A DNA stretch of 64,000 nt from an uncultured Gammaproteobacteria bacterium (GTDB lineage Bacteria; Patescibacteriota; Microgenomatia; UBA1406; HO2-37-13b), in NCBI GenBank assembly GCA_964413645.1, contig CAYPSA010000001.1, positions 8,389 through 72,388 of the forward strand, given 5' to 3'. This document shows, one piece after another, positions 10,458-17,447 of this stretch. The stretch's first letter is position 1. Each line of letters opens with the position of its first letter. A model generated the notes under the pieces. That model was given only the letters and a program-made list of their open reading frames with translations. It made no database searches and had not been told where the DNA came from. Position numbers and translations under genes: made by a program.

Positions 10458-11051
10458 CTATAATTTATATTCCGTTTGCATAACTTTCATAAAATCATCA
10501 AACGTCGTATATACATGGGCGTGAATACCAAAATGCTTTGCAGCGGCAACATTTTTTTCACTGTCATCCCAAAACAAAATTTGATCTTTTTTTAACTTTA
10601 ATGAAGCGACGACCATTTCATAAAATTGGAGCGTTGGTTTTTTGTGACCAATATGTGAAGAAGCGAATATTCCATCAAACGAATCGGCAAATCCTACATT
10701 TTTCAACATGTATTCGATGCGATTTTTTTCTTGATTAGTAGCGACATAGCAGTGAATATTGCGAGCACGTAGCTTTTGAATGTAGTCTATTAGGGCTTCA
10801 TCAATTTTCTGCTCTGATTCAAACCAATACTGCATAAATGCATCAACGCTTCCGTGCCATTTCCAATGAGCTAAATAAGGAGGTAAAATATCGCGTAGAT
10901 CCTTCTTTCCAATAATTGCATCTTGGAAAGGACCGGTAAAAAAATCGCGAATAGATTCTTCGGGAATGTTCTTTTCTTTTGCCAGAACTTTCCCAAACAT
11001 TTCACCATTGAACAGAACCCCATCTGCATCAAACAAAATTGTTTTTATCAT
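10458..11051 (-). CDS. HAD-superfamily hydrolase
   Basis: N-terminal DxDGV motif (ILFDADGVLF), HAD-type motif order. Confidence 0.85.
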   Translation of the reverse strand: MIKTILFDADGVLFNGEMFGKVLAKEKNIPEESIRDFFTGPFQDAIIGKKDLRDILPPYLAHWKWHGSVDAFMQYWFESEQKIDEALIDYIQKLRARNIHCYVATNQEKNRIEYMLKNVGFADSFDGIFASSHIGHKKPTLQFYEMVVASLKLKKDQILFWDDSEKNVAAAKHFGIHAHVYTTFDDFMKVMQTEYKL

Positions 11052-11058
11052 GCAAAAA

Positions 11059-11064
11059 ATTATA
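11059..11064 (-). promoter_or_regulatory. -10 box TATAAT, 7 nt before ATG at 11051
   Basis: Read on the minus strand; sits just beyond the 3' end of the ABC transporter gene (stop at 11067). Confidence 0.45.
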
Positions 11065-11066
11065 CA

Positions 11067-12812
11067 CTATTCAACTAAAAATCCACTCACTTGGTGATCC
11101 CACATGCGTTTGAATTCACTATTGGGCTTTTTAAGAAGTTGCTCGACTGATCCATCTTCAATAATTTTTCCATGGCGTAAAATTACAATACGATCCATTT
11201 CTTTTAATGTAGAAAGACGATGTGCAATAGCAATGACGGTGCGGCCTTTCATAAGGGTTCTAAGTGACTTTTGAATAAGCTGTTCGCTTTCGCTGTCTAA
11301 ACTACTGGTGGCTTCATCAAGTACCAAAATAGGGGAATTCTTTAGAAACGCGCGTGCTATGGCAATGCGCTGTCGTTGCCCACCCGATAATTTAACGCCC
11401 CGTTCGCCGATAATAGTGTCGTAGCCTTTGGGAAGTTTTAAAATAAATTCGTGTGCCAGGGCTTGCTTTGCAGCTAAATGAACATCTTGTAGGGTTGCGT
11501 TGGGCATACTTGACACAATATTCTCATATATAGTGCGATGAAAAAGGCTGGTGTCTTGTGGAACAACCGCAATAGAACGACGCAAACTTTCTAAGGTAAG
11601 TGACGTAATTTCATGCCCGCCAATGATGATGTTTCCGGAATCGGTGTCGAAATGACGCAGAAGAAGTGAGACGAAGGTTGTTTTGCCTGCTCCGCTGTGA
11701 CCAATAAGTCCGACTTTTTGACCCGCAGGTATGTGAAGTGAGAAATTTTTGTAAATAGGAGAGCGTTCGTAACTAAATGAAACAGAAGAAAATGTGATTT
11801 CGCCATGTTCTATTTGGGCATTGTATGCGTCGGGTGCTGAAACAATATCGTGTTCTTGAAGTATATTTTGCAGGCCTTCAGTAATTTTCCCATACATTTT
11901 TCCAAACTCCTTAAGTTCTTGGCCTAGGAAAAAGAGACGGCTTGAAAGATCGCGAACGATGGCGATGATCATAATGACGACTCCGACTGAAATGACACCG
12001 AGCTGTAATAAATAGGTTGAGGTAATCATCATGATTGCCGTAAAAGCAAATACCGCGATTCCGTTTGCCGTTAGAAACCATTCTGAAAGTGTCCATTCGC
12101 GTAAGTCGGCTATGCGAGAACGTTTAATAAAAGAAGAAATGTGTTGATGTTCATTTGGAACGTACGCATTTTCGTGTACGAGAGAAATATTTGATAATGA
12201 ATCAATTACCACACCGCGTAAGCGCGAACTGGTGCGAGCGAGTTCGCGACTCCGTACGCGCATTTTAAGCGCAAAAAATATATTCATGGTAATATACAAA
12301 ACTGTCCAGACCAAAATTATGGCGCCCAAACGATAGTCACTCGTCCATGCAAACGTTATATAAATGATTATTCCGATTATCGTGGGCGAAAAATGCCACA
12401 AAAACTTGTCGGCTAAGTTGGCGCTTCCATCGGCGGCCTGGTAAATATAGTTTTCCAGAGAGCCGGCAAATCGATTATTAAAGTAATCTTTACTGTGGTT
12501 TGTAATGTATTCGTACAAATCGCGATATGCGGTAGTTTTAATATTCGCAATCCATCGCATACCTGAAAATCCACTGAGACGCCAAATATTTGCCTTGACT
12601 AAATTAAAGATGGAATAGAAAATAACCCAATACCACACATCGGACGCGTCGGCGGTAAATGCGATGAGCGCATCGGTGAGATTTTTAATAATGATAACCG
12701 TATAACTTTCGAGCAAAGTAGCAATAATAACAATTCCATTGCTCAAAATCGCCCATCGCTTGTGAAAGCGGGAAGCATACGCTACAAATGAAAAGGGATT
12801 TTTAGGAAGCAT
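11067..12812 (-). CDS. ABC transporter, fused permease/ATPase (MsbA-like exporter)
   Basis: Walker A GHSGAGKTT, signature LSGGQRQR, Walker B ILVLDEATS; start moved to ATG 12812, which has TGGTATACT 6 nt upstream (ORF track starts at 12866). Confidence 0.9.
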   Translation of the reverse strand: MLPKNPFSFVAYASRFHKRWAILSNGIVIIATLLESYTVIIIKNLTDALIAFTADASDVWYWVIFYSIFNLVKANIWRLSGFSGMRWIANIKTTAYRDLYEYITNHSKDYFNNRFAGSLENYIYQAADGSANLADKFLWHFSPTIIGIIIYITFAWTSDYRLGAIILVWTVLYITMNIFFALKMRVRSRELARTSSRLRGVVIDSLSNISLVHENAYVPNEHQHISSFIKRSRIADLREWTLSEWFLTANGIAVFAFTAIMMITSTYLLQLGVISVGVVIMIIAIVRDLSSRLFFLGQELKEFGKMYGKITEGLQNILQEHDIVSAPDAYNAQIEHGEITFSSVSFSYERSPIYKNFSLHIPAGQKVGLIGHSGAGKTTFVSLLLRHFDTDSGNIIIGGHEITSLTLESLRRSIAVVPQDTSLFHRTIYENIVSSMPNATLQDVHLAAKQALAHEFILKLPKGYDTIIGERGVKLSGGQRQRIAIARAFLKNSPILVLDEATSSLDSESEQLIQKSLRTLMKGRTVIAIAHRLSTLKEMDRIVILRHGKIIEDGSVEQLLKKPNSEFKRMWDHQVSGFLVE

Positions 12813-12818
12813 AATTTT

Positions 12819-12827
12819 AGTATACCA
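12819..12827 (-). promoter_or_regulatory. Extended -10 TGGTATACT, 6 nt before ATG at 12812
   Basis: Read on the minus strand. Confidence 0.5.
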
Positions 12828-12917
12828 GAGGAGTGGGGATAGCGGTTTATGCAAAGGACAGTGCAAATGGGTTAATTTTGCAATTATTCCATCCCCATAG
12901 ACGCTCAGCCACTTTTT

Positions 12918-12926
12918 TGGTACAAT
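12918..12926 (+). promoter_or_regulatory. Extended -10 TGGTACAAT, 14 nt upstream of the tRNA-like 5' end
   Basis: Read directly. Confidence 0.5.
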
Positions 12927-12940
12927 AGAGGGGTAAATTC

Positions 12941-13017
12941 GGGCCGGTAGCTCTCCGCCTGAAGGCGGAGGTAGAGCAGTCCCGATGCCGTTTTCGCATC
13001 GGGATTGGTCGTGGGTT
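12941..13017 (+). pseudogene. Truncated tRNA-like gene (acceptor 5' strand through first half of the T-arm), with a hairpin in the D-loop and a 10-bp anticodon stem
   Basis: GGGCCGGTA-GCTC[TCCGCCTGAAGGCGGAG]GTAGAGC-A-GTCCCGATGC-CGTTTTC-GCATCGGGAT-TGGTC-GTGGGTT, then the GIY-YIG ATG; a matching 3' acceptor strand CCGGCTC occurs at 13542-13548. Confidence 0.55.
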
Positions 13018-13275
13018 ATGAATCAATATTTTGTTTATATATTGAGAAGCGCCAAAGATGGTTCATTTTACATCGGATATTCACAGAATATCGAAGATCG
13101 GTTATGGGAACATAACATTGGAAGAACAGGGTATTCAAGTAAAAGAAGACCATGGGAATTGATATATAAAGAAGAATATGCTTCATCGACAGAAGCTTTA
13201 AAAAGAGAGAAGTATTTGAAGAGTTTAAAGAGTAAAAAGTACATTGAAAAGTTAGTTTTACTTTCGGGTCGGTAG
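13018..13275 (+). CDS. GIY-YIG nuclease superfamily protein (small URI-domain type)
   Basis: MNQYFVYILRS..GSFYIGYSQNIEDRLWEHN..REKYLK motifs; ATG immediately follows GTGGGTT of the tRNA-like T-arm; last 10 nt overlap tRNA-Lys. Confidence 0.85.
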   Translation: MNQYFVYILRSAKDGSFYIGYSQNIEDRLWEHNIGRTGYSSKRRPWELIYKEEYASSTEALKREKYLKSLKSKKYIEKLVLLSGR

Positions 13276-13340
13276 CTCAGTGGTAGAGCAGGAGCCTTTT
13301 AAGCTCTTGGTCGTGGGTTCGAACCCCACCCGACTCACCA
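13266..13340 (+). tRNA. tRNA-Lys (anticodon UUU), CCA encoded
   Basis: Hand-folded cloverleaf: acceptor GGGTCGG/CCGACTC, D GCTC/GAGC, anticodon loop CTTTTAA, T GTGGG-TTCGAAC-CCCAC, ACCA end. Confidence 0.9.
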
Positions 13341-13446
13341 AAATTTCCCTTTCTAAGAACAATTGGATTTGCTCAGTGGTAGAGCAGTCCCGATGCCGTT
13401 TTCGCATCGGGATTGGTCGTGGGTTCGAACCCCACCCGACTCACCA
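13341..13446 (+). repeat. 106-nt tRNA-like unit 1: 30-nt spacer plus tRNA-Lys body lacking the 5' acceptor strand, with a 10-bp anticodon stem (loop CGTTTTC)
   Basis: D-arm and the variable/T/acceptor 3' part are identical to tRNA-Lys; anticodon arm replaced by GTCCCGATGC-CGTTTTC-GCATCGGGAT. Confidence 0.75.
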
Positions 13447-13552
13447 AAATTTCCCTTTCTAAGAACAATTGGATTTGCTCAGTGGTAGAGCAGTCCCGAT
13501 GCCGTTTTCGCATCGGGATTGGTCGTGGGTTCGATCCCCTCCCGGCTCACTA
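13447..13552 (+). repeat. 106-nt tRNA-like unit 2; 3' end diverges (TTCGATCCCCTCCCGGCTCACTA) and complements the GGGCCGG acceptor at 12941
   Basis: Identical to unit 1 up to GTGGGTTCGA. Confidence 0.75.
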
Positions 13553-13562
13553 AAAATAGAAA

Positions 13563-13571
13563 TGGTATAAT
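13563..13571 (+). promoter_or_regulatory. Extended -10 TGGTATAAT, 6 nt before ATG at 13578
   Basis: Read directly. Confidence 0.55.
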
Positions 13572-13577
13572 AAGGCT

Positions 13578-14111
13578 ATGGCAGAGCTCTATATGCCGAC
13601 TCCACTTGAATTCATTCCAAAAAATCTTGCTTTGAGTAGTGTTCCTTTGCCTGAAAATCGCCTTGGAGGACTAGAAGGATACGAAAAAGTTATGGCGCAT
13701 GAATTAAATCATGTCTTGGCAGCTCGTGAACAAGGAAATACCATTGCTTCTGTTACTGCGCTACCAGGTGTTGGATATTTAGGTCTTACCGTTCTTGATG
13801 GGAATAAATCATTAGAGAGTTTTGCTGTTACCGCGGCGGCCGGTTCGGTAGACACCGTTTTTGGAGAAGCGTATGGATACGGAAGCGATATGAATAAAGT
13901 AACAGTTATTGCAGGATTTGACGAAGGTACTATTTATGACTATAGAAAACAAGCAAGAGATGCGATTGGACAGTATTCACCGGCATTACGAGCTCGGTTG
14001 GCGGAGCTTTTAACGTACATGGAAGTTGAAATGGGTATCGAAATAACCGGAGATGTTTTTGAAGAAGCACTCACCCGTGCACAACAGGAGCTGGCACATC
14101 AGAGCGGATAA
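13578..14111 (+). CDS. Stand-alone FtsH-peptidase-like (M41-like) zinc metalloprotease domain protein
   Basis: HELNH (HExxH), then the pattern V..LPG.GYLG.T and GYGSDMNKV, which parallel the FtsH protease domain; no AAA module. Confidence 0.45.
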   Translation: MAELYMPTPLEFIPKNLALSSVPLPENRLGGLEGYEKVMAHELNHVLAAREQGNTIASVTALPGVGYLGLTVLDGNKSLESFAVTAAAGSVDTVFGEAYGYGSDMNKVTVIAGFDEGTIYDYRKQARDAIGQYSPALRARLAELLTYMEVEMGIEITGDVFEEALTRAQQELAHQSG

Positions 14112-14130
14112 TAAGCGCGTGTTATTTTTT

Positions 14131-14139
14131 TGATATACT
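14131..14139 (+). promoter_or_regulatory. Extended -10 TGATATACT, 7 nt before ATG at 14147
   Basis: Read directly. Confidence 0.5.
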
Positions 14140-14146
14140 TCTTGCT

Positions 14147-14638
14147 ATGGAAGAATTTGATTTAGTTGATATCCATGATGCTGTTATTGGAGTAACTACT
14201 AAAGACGAAAGTCATGCTACTGCAGGTATTCACCGAGTTGTTGCTGTGTTCGTCTTCAACAATAAAGGAGAATTATTTATGCAATATCATGAACGGAGCG
14301 GTTTATGGGATCACTCGGTTGGGGGTCATGTGGGAAAAGGCGAAACGTATGATGTAGCCGTTGTGCGTGAGGCATTTGAAGAACTTGGATTGAATGGGCC
14401 GTTTATCAAGCTTGCGCATTTCTTTTCAGATGAAACATCTCGAGAAAAACCAATTAAACATTTTTTTACGTTGTATGAATGCACTCCAAAGAACTGGAAA
14501 TTTATTCCAAATGAGGAGGTGAAACAAGTACAACCGTTATCCATAGACGCTATCACAGTGCGTATGAAAAATAATCCAAGCGAATTCACCCCGGGATTTA
14601 TTAATACCATGAAAGAGTATCTAAGAATACGAAAGTAG
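14147..14638 (+). CDS. NUDIX hydrolase
   Basis: Nudix box GGHVGKGETYDVAVVREAFEELGL. Confidence 0.85.
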   Translation: MEEFDLVDIHDAVIGVTTKDESHATAGIHRVVAVFVFNNKGELFMQYHERSGLWDHSVGGHVGKGETYDVAVVREAFEELGLNGPFIKLAHFFSDETSREKPIKHFFTLYECTPKNWKFIPNEEVKQVQPLSIDAITVRMKNNPSEFTPGFINTMKEYLRIRK

Positions 14639-14718
14639 GTTTAGTTAAATAAGTCATCGGGAAAAGTCTGGCGATGTCTTTCGTGGCGAATGGCTCGTGG
14701 TGCTAGGTGGTTGGTAAA

Positions 14719-15363
14719 TTATATCGCACTCTCAATTTCTCCCATATTCTGAATTCGTAGTGTTTTGCTGCAGCTGTCGTAGTTGCCGGTAATGAATACT
14801 TTCTGCCCGTTGTACATAAGAAGATCTGCTTCTTTAACATACGGAACGTAGAGCGTTTCGCTTCCACCGATGTGGAGTATTGCGCGAGGGTGGCGCGAAT
14901 TAATACGTTGGGGGTTCATAAAATTTCGATAATACTCCACGACCGGTTCAATAAGCGGCCATCGGTAATCGATTTGGTCGGGGGTTCCCAAAACTCGAAC
15001 TACCCCTACATGTGTTTGGCGGCCTTTGTCGCAAAGCAATTTGGCTCCTCCAAAAATTCCAAATGTGGAAAGAACGAGGCCGACTCCCATAATTCCCAAT
15101 GAACCTTTTAGGGTAAATGAGAAGGCTTTTTGTTTTTTAATATCTTGCAGCAATTGGGTTATTCGCGCGAGAGGATTTCCGACGTGAATGTCGAGCAGGT
15201 CGTCGTGTTTCTTGTCGTAATGCGTGTTTTTGTTAACGTATTGATAGAGGGGGTTGCTGTTTTGAGAATCTTGATTATCAATTGGAAGCTTGGGAGCAAA
15301 GTGACCGCTTTCGTCGCGCGGCTGGGATTGGGCCGCCTTTTCATGATTTGAAAGATCGTCCAT
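14719..15363 (-). CDS. Hypothetical membrane protein (start trimmed to MDDLSNHEKAA)
   Basis: One TM (SLGIMGVGLVLSTFGIFGG); the longer ORF-track start would overlap the upstream gene. Confidence 0.6.
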   Translation of the reverse strand: MDDLSNHEKAAQSQPRDESGHFAPKLPIDNQDSQNSNPLYQYVNKNTHYDKKHDDLLDIHVGNPLARITQLLQDIKKQKAFSFTLKGSLGIMGVGLVLSTFGIFGGAKLLCDKGRQTHVGVVRVLGTPDQIDYRWPLIEPVVEYYRNFMNPQRINSRHPRAILHIGGSETLYVPYVKEADLLMYNGQKVFITGNYDSCSKTLRIQNMGEIESAI

Positions 15364-15424
15364 GAAATAGTTGTACTGGAAATGTGGGGAGAAATCAAGA
15401 TGGGGAAGGATGAGGGACGCTGAG

Positions 15425-16258
15425 TTAAATCGGATTGGGGAGTCCGCATGTTGAAGGGACAGTAACTGGAGTACCAGAAGCTCTAAATCCCCAATCGATA
15501 CGACGTGGTATGTTATTGGGCATCCGTCCAAATGGGATTACTGCTTGATCTGAGTTAGAAAGTCGTTGTAAACGTTTAAAAACCCATTCTTCAGATTCGG
15601 ATGCTCCTTTTGGCTGGAATCTTGCTGCAAAAACTGTATGCTTTTGGTCGAGCCACTGTGCTTGGTATGTTGTGATGTCGGTAGCGGTACTGGCAATGCG
15701 TGCAAAAAGTGAAAGCTGCGCGAGTAGTGAGTCTTCGGTAAAACCGATAAGTGTTTGAACCAGAAAATCTACATCATCGAGTTTGGCGTGAGGTTGAAAA
15801 AGCGCGATACGTGCAACTTCAATATCACCTGGGCCAAAAATAGATTGACCAGTAATATGTCCGTTTTGAGTAGCCGATTCAATATCTCCTGTACCTGCAA
15901 GCCCTAAGACTTGAAGATAATTGTCGTATTCACCAATGAGCGCTGTGGCTTGAGGACTGGAAGAAATACGCGTGATCGTTGCATTCTCTGGTTTTTGGTC
16001 ACCTTGCGTTGTATATCCGTTGAAGTCTAGGTATGGATTGTCGTCTAAGGGTTGTAGTTCCCCGGGTTCTGCGAGAATTGATAGGACAAGGCGGGCTAAT
16101 CGCTCCTGTTTATCATTATATCCGAGTTCTTTGAAAAGATCGGGACGCTGTAAAAGAGAGCCGTAGTGACCTTTTGCTAACAGTAAATCATGATAGTATG
16201 GCGCGATTTCAGTTTCTCTAAGAGTTTGTTGGGATGGGCTAATATCAGGCAATGACAT
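15425..16258 (-). CDS. Hypothetical protein (start trimmed to MSLPDISPSQQ)
   Basis: TATAAT box 6 nt upstream of ATG 16258; no recognisable domain. Confidence 0.6.
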   Translation of the reverse strand: MSLPDISPSQQTLRETEIAPYYHDLLLAKGHYGSLLQRPDLFKELGYNDKQERLARLVLSILAEPGELQPLDDNPYLDFNGYTTQGDQKPENATITRISSSPQATALIGEYDNYLQVLGLAGTGDIESATQNGHITGQSIFGPGDIEVARIALFQPHAKLDDVDFLVQTLIGFTEDSLLAQLSLFARIASTATDITTYQAQWLDQKHTVFAARFQPKGASESEEWVFKRLQRLSNSDQAVIPFGRMPNNIPRRIDWGFRASGTPVTVPSTCGLPNPI

Positions 16259-16264
16259 GTAGAT

Positions 16265-16270
16265 ATTATA
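16265..16270 (-). promoter_or_regulatory. -10 box TATAAT, 6 nt before ATG at 16258
   Basis: Read on the minus strand. Confidence 0.5.
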
Positions 16271-16376
16271 CACTATAAGCTGTGTATTTTCGAATTTGAA
16301 GAGAGAATGCATATTTGCTAGATATTGCATGAATTAGTTGCTAATAATTGTAATTACCTCTTCACAAAGCTCCGTA

Positions 16377-16385
16377 TGGTATAAT
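16377..16385 (+). promoter_or_regulatory. Extended -10 TGGTATAAT, 5 nt before ATG at 16391
   Basis: Read directly. Confidence 0.55.
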
Positions 16386-16390
16386 TTCGC

Positions 16391-17260
16391 ATGTCAAGCG
16401 AATTTGTAACCCCGATCCCACTCGAAGCGGAAATTGCAGATAATCAAAGAAGATTTGATGAAGGAGCTATTGATTGGCGTGCTTTTTCTCGAGGCGCGCT
16501 TGTTTTAGCCGCACGCAAGATGGATGAGGAAATGATATCTTCTGATAGTGTAGGGATACATGAAAGCATGTTAATGAGATATTTAGATTCTCCGGAATTG
16601 CAGGAATATGAAGAACCGGGTGCGCGTGGCGAACCAGCACGTGAAATGGGAACAGGGCAAGGTCATGCTGTCGAACTAGATACTATCCAAAGCGTAATTG
16701 AGACAGAGTTTGGATTAGGATTAACTCCTGAAACAATTATGAATTCCATGTTAAAGTCTGGAAATTTGTATGATTTTGCTCCTGAAAAAGTAGGAGCCAT
16801 TATGCGACTGTCACTTCCAGATAATATCCGGGCTCTTTTTTTCGTTCAGATAATGGCAAAAACTAGTGAACAATGGGTACATACAGAATATGAACGTATT
16901 CTTGATCCTAAAATGAAAATAGTTGTTGCTGAAGAAGGTATTGACGTGTATTGGTTACGTAAAGTTGCGAACTTTAGAACGCATACGGCATTTGCTACAC
17001 AAGCGTTTGAGCGTGCTCGTATGAAAGCGAATGAAATATTTAGTGGACAGGGAGATCGAGTATTGGCGGCATTTGATGCAATTATGATTTTGAAAGGGAA
17101 TACATTCAAACGCGGGGATAGAGGCGTACATAGAAGGAAAATATTAGAATTACTTCAAAGAGGAGAGATTGGTGAGGCCGAAAAAGTATTGAGAGGCTTG
17201 GTACAGAGTAATCCACGCTCATTTGATAAGCGTGCTGTTAAACGATATTCTGCTGAATAA
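16391..17260 (+). CDS. Hypothetical protein (289 aa)
   Basis: Long ORF with a leaderless-type promoter; no recognisable domain. Confidence 0.65.
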   Translation: MSSEFVTPIPLEAEIADNQRRFDEGAIDWRAFSRGALVLAARKMDEEMISSDSVGIHESMLMRYLDSPELQEYEEPGARGEPAREMGTGQGHAVELDTIQSVIETEFGLGLTPETIMNSMLKSGNLYDFAPEKVGAIMRLSLPDNIRALFFVQIMAKTSEQWVHTEYERILDPKMKIVVAEEGIDVYWLRKVANFRTHTAFATQAFERARMKANEIFSGQGDRVLAAFDAIMILKGNTFKRGDRGVHRRKILELLQRGEIGEAEKVLRGLVQSNPRSFDKRAVKRYSAE

Positions 17261-17278
17261 ATGTTGCTTTTAGAGGGG

Positions 17279-17396
17279 AACGGTACCGTTTGCAAACGGT
17301 AACGGTATGGGAACGGTTAATAGGTTGCTGCAAAGCTCCGAAAACGGATCCGCCAGTTGGTGGATGAAAGGGTTTGAGGAACCGTTTGGCACCGTT
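17279..17396. repeat. Cluster of seven AACGGT/ACCGTT hexamers, including the 12-nt palindrome AACGGTACCGTT
   Basis: AACGGT at 17279, 17295, 17301, 17312; ACCGTT at 17285, 17381, 17391; between convergent genes. Confidence 0.6.
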
Positions 17397-17401
17397 TCCT
17401 G

Positions 17402-17443
17402 CAACCTGCGGGCTAAGCTAGGCACGTCCAACCTCTTAGGTTG
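17402..17443 (-). repeat. 42-nt conserved 3'-end element, copy gamma (CAACCTAAGAGGTTG..CGTGCCTA..CCCGCAGGTTG)
   Basis: Sense orientation, 4 nt after the stop of the GT2 gene; copies at 49838 and 55974. Confidence 0.75.
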
Positions 17444-17447
17444 AATT

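Noticed and set aside
12813-12866. Longer N-termini offered by the ORF track (for example 12866 for the ABC transporter, 15531, 16330, 21118, 23907, 29537, 32153, and several ribosomal-protein genes starting inside the upstream gene)
   Set aside because: The extended starts use TTG or GTG or overlap the upstream gene. The internal ATGs match the conserved protein N-termini and sit at a TAATATG junction or 5-9 nt after a -10 box.
13280-13462. 60-aa ORF across the tRNA-Lys and tRNA-like repeat units
   Set aside because: It is a translation of tRNA-derived sequence and an artefact of the repeat.
13341-13552. Possible CRISPR array (tandem 106-nt repeats)
   Set aside because: There are only two units with no unique spacers. 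The repeat body is tRNA-Lys-derived, and no cas genes are present in the window.
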